From an uncultured Acidimicrobiales bacterium (GTDB lineage: Bacteria > Actinomycetota > Acidimicrobiia > Acidimicrobiales > UBA10347), in NCBI GenBank assembly GCA_943788915.1, contig CALSSD010000012.1, positions 124,001-172,643 of the forward strand: 48,643 nucleotides of DNA, in the 5' to 3' direction. Numbering within the stretch: position 1 is the first letter of the stretch; every line of letters begins with the position of its first letter. Below are positions 11,229-22,466 of the stretch, piece after piece. The notes beneath the pieces were generated by a model that was not told the origin of the DNA, made no database searches, and saw only the letters and a list, made by a program, of their open reading frames with translations. A program made the translations under genes and the position numbers.

Positions 11229-11344
11229 GCTCGTGAACGTGTTCATGGCATCCCCTGTGAACTAGCATATCTAGGCCAATTGAACGCAGGTGAACGCACT
11301 GGCCCCCCGATTGGCTCGCTCGTGAACGTGTTCATGACATCCCC
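11229..11344. repeat. 27-bp direct repeat with internal TGAAC-gt-GTTCA palindrome
   Basis: gctcgtgaacgtgttcatg(g/a)catcccc at 11229-11255 and 11318-11344; further TGAACGCA copies at 11281 and 11291. Confidence 0.8.
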
Positions 11345-11382
11345 CAGTGGCCCCCCGTATACAGAGTTGCAACCATTTGTGT

Positions 11383-12069
11383 ACCTTGGAGGGCCTAACT
11401 GCGGCCGAGGGTCGGGTGACCTTTGGATCGATGACCCGCCAGCGTGACCTGATCGCTCAGTCTGAGCATCCGCTAGTTGCCGAGGCGGTCCGGTGGATTG
11501 GCCATGCCGCCATTCGAAGCCGAGGGACCATCGGAGGAAGTCTCGCCCACGCCGACCCGAGCGCTGAGCTTCCCGCAGTTGCTCTGGCCACGAATGCGGT
11601 GTTGCGAGTTCAAGGGCCGAACGGCGATCGAATGATCGCGATCGATGATTGGTTTGAGACGATGCTGCAAACAACAATCGCCGACGACGAGATTCTCGTC
11701 GAGGCCGACCTTGCAGCGCCGACTCGCTGGGGTTTCGCCGAGATGGCACGACGCGAGGGCGACTTCGCGTTGGTGCTCGCTGTGGTTGCCGAAGTGGATT
11801 CGCGCTGGCGGGTGGTGATTGGGGGCGTCGGTGCTCGACCGTGGCGGTGTGAAGCTGCCGAAGCACTACTTGATGAGCACACAAATCCGGAGCAGGTTGG
11901 CGCCGCGATCAGCGAGGCAGTGCAGGACACAGTGGAGACATTCGATGACCTCCACGCATCGGTGAGCTACCGGAGCGCCATGGCGGCCCACGTTGCCGGT
12001 CAGGCAGCGACCGATGCGCTTTCTCTAGACAGAGCGCTCTTGAGCGATGGAACGGTGGTGGCCCCATGA
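11383..12069 (+). pseudogene. 5'-truncated FAD-binding subunit of a molybdenum hydroxylase (CoxM/XdhB-like)
   Basis: IGHAAIRSRGTIGGSLAHADPSAELP and RREGDFA are present. The N-terminal part with the AGGQS-type motif is absent and there is no credible start. Confidence 0.8.
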
Positions 12070-12554
12070 ACGAGGTGGCGAACGAAGTGCAGGTCGAACT
12101 CCGCATCAATGGGGCCATGCACGCGGTGACATGCGAAGCGCGACACACGTTGGCCGACGTGCTTCGAGAGAATCTTGGTTTGACCGGAACCCACTTGGGT
12201 TGTGAACACGGCGTGTGCGGGGCATGCACGGTGCTCGCCGACGGTGAGCCCGTGCGGGCATGTCTGATGTTCGGCATCCAGGCCGAGGGTATAGAAATCA
12301 CCACGATCGAGGGTCTGGCCGATAACGACGGAACGCTGCATCCAATGCAAGAAGCGTTCAGCCGATGTCACGGACTGCAGTGCGGCTTCTGCACTCCCGG
12401 GTTCGTACTCACCGCAGTACACCTGCTCGAGAACGAGCCATCTCCGACTCGCGAGCAGATCCGCAGCGGATTGTCGGGAAACATCTGCCGCTGCACCGGT
12501 TACATGGGAATTGTTGACGCCGTGGAGTCTGTGGCCAACTCCCTGACCCCGTAG
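12066..12554 (+). CDS. 2Fe-2S small subunit of a molybdenum hydroxylase (CoxS-like)
   Basis: GCEHGVCGACTV, QCGFCTPG, GNICRCTGY; ATGA overlap with the upstream gene. Confidence 0.93.
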   Translation: MNEVANEVQVELRINGAMHAVTCEARHTLADVLRENLGLTGTHLGCEHGVCGACTVLADGEPVRACLMFGIQAEGIEITTIEGLADNDGTLHPMQEAFSRCHGLQCGFCTPGFVLTAVHLLENEPSPTREQIRSGLSGNICRCTGYMGIVDAVESVANSLTP

Positions 12555-12636
12555 ACGGCAACAACAACAGGTTTGGCCGCTGACCATCACGTGAGCGGCA
12601 TCTACCCCGACGGAGCGGGGCAAACATTTGCTGCGA

Positions 12637-13521
12637 TCAGTTTTGGAAGGGAAGTGTGTGTTCGGCCAGGTAGTCGAGTTCGGTATCCCAGCCATCGTGC
12701 AGGGTCATGGGTCGAAGTACGAACTTGGTGATGCCAGCGTCGATATGGCTTCGCAGCAGGGTGGTGAGTTCGTCGGGGCCGAAGGGGAGGATGTCGGAAC
12801 GTTCGGCATCGGTTTTGCGCATGATGGCGGCGACGACTCGGTCGTCGAGGTCGGTGCGTGCATACGGGATGCTGATGCCGAAGTGGTCGTCGTCGATGGT
12901 CCGACCAGCGGCTGTTGCTGCGGCTTCGATGGTGAGTCGGCTGGTTTCGGCTTCGGCAGGAGTCGCTCGTGATCCGAGCCAGCCGTCGGCGTGGGTTGCC
13001 GTGAGCGCAAGGCCTTTGGGGCCGTTGCCGCCCAGCCAGATCTCGAGCGGTTCCTGGATCGGAGGAGGACTCACCGTGACTTCGTTGTAGGTGAAGCCAG
13101 CGATCTCGTCGGTTACGGCTTCTCCGGCCCACCAAGCCCGACATAGTTCAATGATCTGGGCCATCCGTGTGAGGCGATCGATGCCGGTGACGCCCATGGC
13201 TGCTCTTTCGGTATTTGAGCCGATGCCGGGCATGAAGGCCAGGAGCAACCGGCCGCCGGTCAACCGGTCCAGGTGCGCGAGCTCTTTGGCCAACAGCAGG
13301 GGATTACGGCCCGGTACAACAACATTGGTGCCCAACTTCAGACGGGTAGTGCGAGCCGAGGCTATGGCCAGAGCCATCAATGGCTCGACCGCAGAGGTCA
13401 GCGGTGTATCCGAAAGCCACAACGTGTCGAATCGTCGCTTCTCAAGACCATCGACAAGGTCGGCGAGGCTTTCGGCGTCGGCGGGAGTGTTGGAGCTGGC
13501 AACGGCCATGCGAATCTTCAC
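12637..13521 (-). CDS. LLM-class (probably F420-dependent) oxidoreductase
   Basis: Starts (V)KIRMAV; FDTLWLSD, ARTTRLKLGT, RNPLLLAKELAHLDRLTGGRL, IWLGG, ADGWL. TAGCGT -10 box just upstream suggests a leaderless mRNA. Confidence 0.88.
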   Translation of the reverse strand: MKIRMAVASSNTPADAESLADLVDGLEKRRFDTLWLSDTPLTSAVEPLMALAIASARTTRLKLGTNVVVPGRNPLLLAKELAHLDRLTGGRLLLAFMPGIGSNTERAAMGVTGIDRLTRMAQIIELCRAWWAGEAVTDEIAGFTYNEVTVSPPPIQEPLEIWLGGNGPKGLALTATHADGWLGSRATPAEAETSRLTIEAAATAAGRTIDDDHFGISIPYARTDLDDRVVAAIMRKTDAERSDILPFGPDELTTLLRSHIDAGITKFVLRPMTLHDGWDTELDYLAEHTLPFQN

Positions 13522-13646
13522 CAACCCGACGCTACCTGCGGGGACGATGCCGACTCGAATGCCGCCAACTCTGGATCCATAGAAGTGGTACTGCCGCTGG
13601 TAGCGACACGGCCTGAGCGAGTGGCCCCGATGGCGAAAGAGAGCGC

Positions 13647-16066
13647 TCAGACGAGAACGACGGGTCTGTGAGCCACAACCCATTCTTCGAACTGGATGGT
13701 TGGTACCGGCTTTGAGATCAGGTATCCCTGGGCGAAGTCACAGCCGAGTTCGGTCAGGGTGTTGAGCTCCTCCTGGCGCTCAATACCCTCGGCGGTTACG
13801 ACCAAGCCAAGGTTGTGCGCGAGGTCGATTGTCGAACGGACGATCAAAAAGTTGTGCGCATCAAGATCGATGTTCGAGATGAAGGAACGGTCGATCTTCA
13901 GCTCATCTGCCGGTAACTCTCGTAGGTAGGTCAATGATGAGTAGCCAGTGCCGTAGTCGTCGATGGCGATGGCGATGCCGAGATCGCGAAGTTCCTGAAG
14001 TAGTCCAACGACCCGTTCTCGGTCGACCATGATTGCTGTCTCGGTGATCTCAAAGGAGATGCGGTCAGTCTCGATATGTCGTCCTTCGAGCGCCTGGGCC
14101 ACGCGCCTGGGCAGCGAATCATCCATGCAAGTTCCTGGCTGACAAGTTGACCGCGATCTGCAGCCGGATGCCGCTTTCGTCCCAACGACAGATGTCTTCG
14201 ACCACTTGCTCGAAGATCGCGTCGGTCAGGTCTCGCATGAGCCCAGCGCCTTCGGCCAGTCCGATGAATTCGTCAGGGGGCACGAATCCAAAGTGTGGGT
14301 GGATCCAGCGTGCGAGAGCCTCGGCCCCGACCAAGGATCCATCTTCGAGCGAGATCCGCGGCTGGTACCACACGTCGAGCTCTCGGGCATTGATCGCGTG
14401 GCGGAGAGCTGAAATCAACTCGAGCTGGCGCGGATCATTTGGATCCGTCTCTTGCCGGTACACCTGCCAGCCGACCTGGTGCCGCTTCGCCTCATACATT
14501 GCGGTGTCGGCGTGGCTCATCAGAGTCGTGAGGTCGTTACCATGCATGGGCGTAACTGCAAACCCGACACTCGCACCAAGCTGCAACGAAAGATCTTGCA
14601 GATCTAAGGGCGCTTCGATTGAGTCGAAGAGTCGTTCTGCGAACAATGAGGCACTGGCGATATCCACGCAGTGCGGACTAAATGCCGCAAACTCATCGCC
14701 GCCAAGACGGGCCAGGATCGTGTCAGTCCCGACCGCTCTCTGGAGCCGACGAGCAATGATCTTGAGCGCTTCATCCCCCGTTGGATGCCCGAGAGTGTCG
14801 TTGATGACCTTGAATCGATCGAGATCGAGCACAAACAACGTGCCGCTTTCGTGGGCCGCGGCTTGGAGTTGTTCGGTAAAGCCGAGACGGTTTGGCAGCT
14901 TGGTTAGTGCGTCGTGATGAGCGTCATAGTGCAGTTGGTCGGTGAGGCGAGCCCGGTCAAGGGCCACCTCCACCTGCGAGACCATCGAGCCGAGCATGCG
15001 AGGATCAGACGAAAGGAACTCGCCGACGCCGGTTGCGCGATCCCATACAACAACCATGCCAACGCAGCCACCGACTTCTATCGGAGCGGCTACTCCCACG
15101 GTTGGAAGTGAAGTCGTGTCGGGATGGCCGGAATCTGCAAATAGCGCTGGCGTATCGAGATCTGCGAGCACCGTGTCGAACTGATTCACGTTGGAGGGAG
15201 AGAAGCCGTTTACCTCTCGACCGTAGGTCTGCGACGACACGCCGCTTCGGGGGTCAATGAAGATGGCTGCGTGCTCGCTTCGCATCGTTCGAGCGACCTC
15301 GCGGAGCGATGTTACGACCACTTCCTTTGTTCCTGTTGCCCCGACCAGTGTTGCGGTGAATTGGCCGACTGATTGCAGGTCTGAAGCGCGTTGAGCCGTT
15401 GAAGTCTGTTTCTTCAGCAGTCATCAATACGCCGCCGACAAGGAGTGCTAGATAGGCCAGGTTGGTCGCTGACCGGGCAAAGGCTGCAGCGCCAACGATC
15501 GCCAAGCTGATGCTCGCTGTGGCAGTGAAGATCTGTACTTGGAAGACGCCGCGGAGCAGCCCAAGAGGTCGATCGCTGTCGAAGAACGAAATGACGCAGG
15601 CCACAACTCCTGCGCCGAACGTTGTCGCCAGGAATACGGAAAGCCCTGCAAATGCCCACAAACCAGGACCCGTCGACTGTGGGCGGAAGACGAGATGTAA
15701 GAACACTGAGGCAATGGCAGCTTCGCCGGCGAAGAGCGCGGCATTGAAGGCGAGTTTGGCGAGCGGCAACCGTCGTAGTGCCAACGCTGTGCCTGAACCG
15801 ATCAGACGGGCCGCGATAAGCCCGTGTGGCGAAAGCAGAACCAGCCCTAAGAGCAAGACTGCCTCACTGAGCGACAGGGTTTGGGTTTCTTCTCGGATCT
15901 CCACGTGGGCAAGTGCTCGCTCAGCCAGCAGGAAGGCAGGAACGAAGTACCACCACGTAGCTCCGGTGATCAGTGCCGGGGCTGAGGCTGCTAGAGACCA
16001 GGCGACGACGAGAACCATCGCTGTAAGCGCAAATGTAAGCACGCTGACCTTGCGGTTTGGTGTCAT
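13647..16066 (-). CDS. Multi-TM sensor + GAF-like + GGDEF + EAL protein, split by frameshifts (~15400, ~15320, ~14125)
   Basis: Three consecutive ORFs give a hydrophobic N-terminal domain, HDALTKLPNR..RLGGDEF, EALARW, then DDYGTGYSSL..AQGYLISKP. Confidence 0.88.
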
Positions 16067-16136
16067 TACAGAGCCGACTTCTCGAGGTTGGGGTGTTCCA
16101 TTGGGGTCTTGGGTGATGAATCGGCAGGGATCCCAT

Positions 16137-16162
16137 AATGTTGAGAGGTATCTCTCAACATT
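16137..16162. promoter_or_regulatory. Perfect 11-bp inverted repeat (operator or hairpin) between the S8 and GGDEF-EAL genes
   Basis: aatgttgagag-gtat-ctctcaacatt. Confidence 0.55.
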
Positions 16163-16248
16163 GCCAAGATGTGTCATGGCCGGTCACTCCGACTGGGGCG
16201 GTTGTGGTGAACGGATCGGCGAGTGTTGGACGCCGGTGTGTGCGTGGG

Positions 16249-17824
16249 TTATGTCCAGCTGCTGCCGGTCCATGAGGAGCCGGTCCAGCTGCTGCCGGTC
16301 CATGAGGAGCCGGTCCAGCTGCTGCCGGTCCATGAGGAGCCGGTCCAGCTGCTCCCGGTCCAGCTGCTGCCGGTCCATGAGGAGCCGGTCCAGCTGCTGC
16401 CGGTCCATGAGGAGCCGGTCCAACTGCTGCCCGTGAAGGTCACTTCTCCTTCGAGGATGGTGCCGTCGGGCAAGACGATGTGGTTACCACCTCGGGATGC
16501 TTCGAGAGTGCCGCTGCCATCGGACGTAGCAAATTGCTGCGTGACCTCAAGCCTTGGCAGCGCTGTTGAGCGTGCCAGGTCAACCATGCCCGAGCCGCCC
16601 TGTTTATCGAACTTGATCCCGCCGCGGCCGCTTCCATCCCACGAAGCAAAGAGGGTGTCGACATCATCCAGCAGATCGGCCATGATCGTTGGGTCGAGGT
16701 CGCGGTCTGCTGGTGCAGCTTCGAAGAAGTCGTAGATGCCACCAAAGGGTCCCCGACCGTTGCCGTTGCCGTTGCTGTTTCCGTTGTTTCCGTTGCCGCG
16801 TTTGTGCACTGCACCAGTGATGAGAAGGGCCTTGACTTGGTCCGGTGTCAGATCAGGGCGTTGCTGAAGCAACAGAGCAGCAGATCCAGAGACGACTGCA
16901 GCCGCTTGTGAGGTTCCGCTACCTCGAAGGAAGCGCCCGTCGATGATCGCGTCGGGGTGCTCTTGGGCCAACCGGCTATCGAGTGCCGCCAGTGCAAGGA
17001 TCCGGTTGCCCGGAGCCATCACGTCGGGAAGGCGCTGCGTTCCGGCCGCAGAGAAGTCGGCGACGGCTTCGCCCTCGGCGGCAGCGACGGCAATGACGAA
17101 TGGATCGGTCGCAGGGCTCGTGAGTCCGCCCGTGGAAACGCCTTCGTTGCCAGCGGAGACAACGACGACATAACCCGCTTCCCACGCTCGTTCGACTGCG
17201 TCTGCGAGAGGGTCAATCTCGTAGGGCTGCATGCTCGGTGTGACGTACGCCAGGTTGATAACCCGCACGTTCAGGCCTTCGCCTTGGCCGTACTGGGTAA
17301 CCCAGTCAAGTGCCGCAATTACCTGCGAGACATCGACGGCACCGGTATTGTCTGCCACCTTAAGTGACAGGATTCGTGAACCCGGAGCGACGCCTTGGTA
17401 TCCGTCGCCGTCGTCTCCGGCGATGATCGAAGCCATTGCCGTGCCGTGTCCATAGGTGTCCTGTGCATAGAACTGGGTCCCCGACTCGAACGAGAGATCC
17501 GGGCCATGGATGACCTTGTTGAAACCGTCAAGACCAGCCACAGCATTCACGCCAGTGTCGATAACGGCGATATCGATGCCTGCACCGGTCCACGCCGAGG
17601 TCATGCAACTCGTCGGCGCCGATGGTCTCAAGAACCTCGGCCAGCGAAGTGGATGCCTCATTGGCCCTGGCGTTGGGCATCGCTGGCAAAAACACTGCCA
17701 ACATTGACAGAGCCAGCAGAAGGACACGGAGCTGTTTAGAGCTCATCCACACGGGAGCGTGGCGGTCGATGGTTGCGCTTTTTTGGGAATGTTTGGCCGT
17801 CTTACCGGTCATACGCATGGCCAT
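16249..17824 (-). CDS. Secreted subtilisin-family (S8) serine peptidase with C-terminal (GSSWT)x12 tail; one frameshift near 17590
   Basis: AGGAGG RBS before ATG 17824; hydrophobic signal-like segment ending ARA; catalytic motifs VIDTG, GHGT, GTSQA. Confidence 0.9.
16252..16431 (-). repeat. 12 x 15-nt coding tandem repeat encoding GSSWT
   Basis: Units mostly alternate GGCAGCAGCTGGACC and GGCTCCTCATGGACC; the array ends at the stop codon. Confidence 0.97.
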
Positions 17825-17990
17825 GGCTGGCCTCCTGTGTCCCTCGGTGGATAGAAGGAAGCCCATCGGCCGCGCAGGAGATACCTATACTAACGGTTCG
17901 GTTTATACCCAATTTTAGTGAGCCACACGGCCTATGCGTGGGTGCGTTTTGCCCTGCCTTGGGTATTGATAGACATGAACCGTGAGATGG

Positions 17991-18608
17991 TCACCATGAC
18001 TGGCCCCATGTGTTGAACGAGCTGACTTCTTCGAGTGGCTTGCGGTTGACCGGGCCAAAGTTGCCCTTTGGATAACCAAGCGGCAGGCAGTAGACCACTT
18101 GGGCGGTGTTTGGGATGTCGAAGAGAGAGTGCACGCGGTCCTCGATTGTGGGATGCAGCGTGGTGATGGTGCTTCCCACACCCAAGGCCCGGGCTGCGAG
18201 TAACAGGTTCTGCACTGACGGAATGATGGAGTTTGCTGCAGCTGCCCCTTTGGCCAGGGCACAGACGAAGATCAGCACGGGCGAGTTGCCGATTTCGTCG
18301 GCGAGTTGCATGGGGCCCTTGTAGGCGTCGGGAAGGTCGTCCGGGGTATACCAACCTGAATCGTGGCGTTTGGCCCACCACGCCTCGTGATAGAGCGGTG
18401 CAAACTGGGCTCGCAATGAATCGTCGGTGACGACGAGAAAGTGCCATGGCTGCATATTGCCGCCGTTTGGCGCCTGGATCGCTGCGTCGAGAATCGCGCG
18501 GATGTCCTGGTCGGGGATTGGGTCTGGCTTCTGGCGCCGGATCGCTCGCAGCGAGTACACCGCCTCGCTCAGTGTCATGTCCAAACGTTCATCATGTGCC
18601 ATTTGCAC
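17991..18608 (-). CDS. FMN-dependent nitroreductase family protein
   Basis: RAIRR..PDPIP, APNGGNMQPWHFLVV, QNLLLAARALGVG, LGYP. Confidence 0.92.
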   Translation of the reverse strand: MQMAHDERLDMTLSEAVYSLRAIRRQKPDPIPDQDIRAILDAAIQAPNGGNMQPWHFLVVTDDSLRAQFAPLYHEAWWAKRHDSGWYTPDDLPDAYKGPMQLADEIGNSPVLIFVCALAKGAAAANSIIPSVQNLLLAARALGVGSTITTLHPTIEDRVHSLFDIPNTAQVVYCLPLGYPKGNFGPVNRKPLEEVSSFNTWGQSW

Positions 18609-18717
18609 ATCCTGTCGTTCGGATCAGATCTGCGCAAACGTAATGAAACGAGGCATGATCATTATGGCGAAGCCATTGCAACGATCTTTCAGCCCACTCT
18701 GTGGAGTCCGACCGTCG

Positions 18718-19239
18718 TTATGTCTGCCGGGGTTCGAGGACGAAGACCTCGATCTCGCGGTGAGATGCACGCTCGCGATACTTCGGGAAGCCGCCGTAGA
18801 ACGCAGCTCCGGCCTGAAACGCTTGTTCCGTCTCGTCTTCGGTTGCGGAGCGAGCCGTTACCTCGACCGACTCTGCGCCGTATGCGATTGTCGCATCAGG
18901 TTTGGCTCGCAGGTTGTACACCCACCCTGGTGTCGCCTTTTGGCCGAAGTTGGACCCGATTATTGCAATATCGTCGGCCACTGGAATCCCCACGAGTGGC
19001 ATTGTCCGGTCCTTGCCGGTTTTGGCGCCGGTCGTGGTCACCATGATGACCGGTAGCCCGGCCATCAAGCCCGGCACTGTCAGTCTGCCCTGTGTTAGTC
19101 GGTACAGCGCTTTGTCGATTGGGTGCAGCGTTCGTTGGAAGGCCCAGGCACCGGGTCCGCTTGCGGCCACCCGCTGGGTCACGCGCTGGACCGCGTTTGG
19201 ATCATTTACCACAAAGTGCAGTTCGCTAATCAGCCCCAT
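18718..19239 (-). CDS. Ddn-family deazaflavin-dependent nitroreductase
   Basis: TTTGAKTGKDR, GSNFG..PGWVYNLRAKP, YRERASHREIEVFVL. Confidence 0.88.
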   Translation of the reverse strand: MGLISELHFVVNDPNAVQRVTQRVAASGPGAWAFQRTLHPIDKALYRLTQGRLTVPGLMAGLPVIMVTTTGAKTGKDRTMPLVGIPVADDIAIIGSNFGQKATPGWVYNLRAKPDATIAYGAESVEVTARSATEDETEQAFQAGAAFYGGFPKYRERASHREIEVFVLEPRQT

Positions 19240-19320
19240 CGGCAAACGGTACTGCAGTTGAGCCCGTAGCGTGCGACTCCAGGTGGTCAGCGCACTCAGT
19301 TTGCGGTTGCCACCACGGCT

Positions 19321-20022
19321 CTATTCGCTCCGGCTCAGCCAGACCCCGCTGTGGATTCGGCCACGCCCGCTGTTCGAACCGCTCAAGCCTGATAGGTCGA
19401 CGGGGGTAACAGGGGTACACGTCTCTGAGCTGGCAAGGGTAGCCATTACATCGACGCCGGGATCGGCTTCCCGAAAGGCGACGTGACTCAGGAACGGCGT
19501 GTGGGTCGAGAAGTGTTGTCCTTCGCTGGAACCCGTCTCAGGAAGCGGTGCCCCTGCTCGGGTCGCCTCGAACACAAGCAGCCATGCCGTTGTTTCGGAG
19601 TCGTTCGTGAACCCAACCGTGAACGCTGTGTGGTTGTCGATCTGAGCAGTCAGATCGGCGGTATAACCGACTTCGCCGAAACCAACACGCACGTCGCCGG
19701 CCGCCAAGGGGTAAGCAGCGGATCGCAGGCTCGAACTGTCTCACTTCCGACGCGACAGCAGCAGGGACCAAGGGCCCCATTTCCCTTTACGGGCAGGGAG
19801 ACTTCTGCGTCACTGATGATGGCAACCTGCAGCTACGGCCGGGGACGGACCTGGCCGCTCGCTCCAGGTCGCTGACCGCGATGATTCTTTGGATCCCAAC
19901 GCTGGTGGAGAACCCGACGTGGAGGCACAGCTCCTTGTTATGACGTTGCCGCCGAAGACGAAGCAGCAATGCACCTCGAGAACGAGAACTAAGCGGAGTG
20001 TTCCCACTTTCACCGATTTCAC
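19321..20022 (-). CDS. Hypothetical, probably exported protein (frameshifted, boundaries uncertain)
   Basis: Protein-like stretch 19321-19707 plus a hydrophobic N-terminal piece near 20022; no family recognised. Confidence 0.3.
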
Positions 20023-20081
20023 AACACGGGACGGCGTCAGAGACGGTCGAGGCTTCGAGGCCTCGCTAGCCTAGAGCAGGC

Positions 20082-20930
20082 ATGAATCACCAGCTGCAGA
20101 TCGTTACCGGCAAGGGCGGGGTCGGTCGATCGGCAGTGACCGCAGCCATTGCCCTGGCCGCGGCGCGCTCGGGACGGCGCGTCCTCGCCGCTGCGATGAC
20201 CGACTCGACCGGGCTCGCCGCTCACTTTGGTCTCGACCGGCTCGACTACCTGCCGGTTCCGATCCAACCGAATCTGCATGCGATGGGGATCGACCGTGGC
20301 CGGGCACTCGACGAGTATCTGCGACTTCAGCTGGGTCTGGGCAAACGGGTGCCACTGTTGCCGCTGTCACGCAACCTCGAGGCATTGTCACAAACTGTGC
20401 CCGGAATCCGAGATGTGGTGACCACGGGGAAGCTCTATCACGAGGTTCGTTCCGGTAACTGGGATCTTGTCATTGCCGATGGTCCTCCTACCGGTCAGAT
20501 CATGAGCTACCTTCGGGCGTCGCGTGTGATTGCCTCGCTGGTCCGTACCGGGCGAGCCAGGGAACAAGCGGACGAGATGACGGATCTGCTCGCGGCGCCC
20601 GACTCTTCGCTCATCATGGTCACGCTTGCCGAGGAGCTACCCGTGACCGAGACCATGGAAGCGCTCGGCGAGCTCGAGGACGAGCGTTTGATCCGCCTCG
20701 GAGGGGTGTTCGCCAACCGAACCGTGCGTCCGCTTGGTGTAAGCGAGGCCTCTCTTGATGCCGTGCAAGATGACGCCGTGCGCGGTGCCGGTCTGTTGCA
20801 TCGTGGGCTCTACCAGGGCCAAAGGCGGTGGCGACGCGAGCTGCCCGCCCACGTTGCCCTGCCGCTGTTGTTTGGCGAGCACAACCCTGCCGAAGTTGCC
20901 GAGCAGCTGTCGTTGGAGGTGGCGCCATGA
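20082..20930 (+). CDS. ArsA/Get3-like ATPase, subunit 1 (Rv3679-like)
   Basis: Deviant Walker A GKGGVGRS, DGPPTG, VTLAEELPVTET. Confidence 0.85.
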   Translation: MNHQLQIVTGKGGVGRSAVTAAIALAAARSGRRVLAAAMTDSTGLAAHFGLDRLDYLPVPIQPNLHAMGIDRGRALDEYLRLQLGLGKRVPLLPLSRNLEALSQTVPGIRDVVTTGKLYHEVRSGNWDLVIADGPPTGQIMSYLRASRVIASLVRTGRAREQADEMTDLLAAPDSSLIMVTLAEELPVTETMEALGELEDERLIRLGGVFANRTVRPLGVSEASLDAVQDDAVRGAGLLHRGLYQGQRRWRRELPAHVALPLLFGEHNPAEVAEQLSLEVAP

Positions 20931-21960
20931 CTGACATTGTGCTGGTCGCTGGTGCGGGGGGAGTGGGCAAGACGACACTTGCGGCAGGTATTGGGGTGGC
21001 GGCGGCGCGCGAGGGCCGACGTACGTTGGTGCTCACCGTCGACCCGGCGCGACGGCTGGCGACGGCGCTTGGCCTGAAGAAACTCAGCAACGTCGCTCAT
21101 CCGAACCCTGATCTGGACACCTTGTGGGCGGCCATGCTCGATGCCGGCGCGTCGTGGGAGGCGATCGCACGTCGTCACGCACCACCTGAAGTAGCCGAGC
21201 GCCTGGTAGCAAGCCCGTTCTTCGACGCCATCGCCCGTCAGTTCCCAGCGGGCGCTGCTTATGCCGCTTCCGAGGAGATGGCTGAGCAGGTCGAGAACGG
21301 AGCCTGGGATCTGGTCGTTGTTGATACGCCGCCGTCGAGCGGTGGAATTGATTTCCTCACCGCTCCTGCCCAGATGCGCACGCTGGTCGGAGGTCGGGTG
21401 CTGCGAATGCTCACCGGCGGGCGCCTGCCTGGCCGCAAGACGTTCTTTGACCGGGCCACGAAGCCCGCGCTGCGTCTGATGGACGGCGTCCTCGGCGGCG
21501 GGCTTGCTGCAGGATGTGGGTGACTTCTTGTTCGACCTCCGGCACACCTACGACGGCATCGCCCTCCGGTCGAAGTCGATCGCTGCTCACATGGAACGGG
21601 CGCACATGGTGTTGGTCACCACGAACGATCCGTTGCCGCTGATCGAAGCTGATCGCTTCGTCGTCGAACGACCCGGCGATACCCGTACACCGATCATCGT
21701 GTTCAACCGAACCCTCCCCGAGGCTTGGATTGGCGCAACCACAACGGTCTCCAACCCTCGACTGGTCGAGAACCTTTCACGGTGGGCAGCCGAAGCGGCG
21801 TACCAACGAGACGTGAGGGCGGAGCTGGGAGCAACTCGACACGAATCTACCGGTGGTCGATGTGCCATGGCAGGCTGACACGCCCAACGACATCGGCGTA
21901 CTCGAGACGCTCGCCGACCCGATCTGGGTTCGACTCGCTATCGCTCCGGTCCCGCTAGCG
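20927..21960 (+). CDS. ArsA/Get3-like ATPase, subunit 2 (Rv3680-like), frameshifted near 21505 and 21845; 3' end uncertain
   Basis: GAGGVGKTT, LTVDPARRLATALG, DLVVVDTPP; ATGA overlap with subunit 1. Confidence 0.82.
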
Positions 21961-22061
21961 GGGGCCTGGGGCGCCCGTGAATGTAGTCAGCGACGACGCC
22001 TCGATCTCAGTGATCTCCCGGCTACGTCGGTTGAAGCTGCGCTAGGCGGCGCTGCCGAGAC

Positions 22062-22442
22062 CTAATGGGTCTCGGTCGTGTCGTTTCGCAGTCCGAGTTC
22101 GCGTTGTTTCTTCTTAGACAAGCCGAGGCCGACCAGTCGGTGTGACTCGGCGATCTGTTCGCGTAGATCATCGTCGGCCAGGCCGGGCGAGCGGTAATGC
22201 TGCACCCAGGTGAAGCCTCGTGATGCCAGGTACGGGGCAGGCCGCACGCCGTCGATTGCGATGAGGAAGTCGAACTCGTCGGGTGATGTCTTGAATGTGA
22301 CCGCGAAGCTGTTGCCGTCGTTCCAGCCGGCGATGGCGAAGACCTTGCCGCCGACCTTCCACACGTGTGCGTCGCCCCACTGAATGACATGGGTCGTGGC
22401 TGTCAGCGAGCCGCAATAGGCGTTGTAGTACTCAAGATCCAT
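22062..22442 (-). CDS. MmcQ/YjbR family DNA-binding protein
   Basis: QWGDAHVWKVGGKVFA, GVRPAPYLA, LSKKKQREL. Confidence 0.9.
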   Translation of the reverse strand: MDLEYYNAYCGSLTATTHVIQWGDAHVWKVGGKVFAIAGWNDGNSFAVTFKTSPDEFDFLIAIDGVRPAPYLASRGFTWVQHYRSPGLADDDLREQIAESHRLVGLGLSKKKQRELGLRNDTTETH

Positions 22443-22466
22443 GCGACACCTTCGACAGTGATGATG

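Noticed and set aside
11383..12554. Aerobic CO dehydrogenase
   Set aside because: The large subunit that determines substrate is absent and the FAD subunit is truncated.
16184..16735. Alternative-frame repeat proteins (MDRQQLDRLL, LLPVHEEPVQ, CCRSMRSRSS)
   Set aside because: Shadow translations of the GSSWT repeat; only the GSSWT frame makes the two unit types synonymous.
20082..21960. Arsenic resistance operon
   Set aside because: No arsR/B/C/D neighbours; the tandem pair matches actinobacterial Rv3679/Rv3680-like ATPases.
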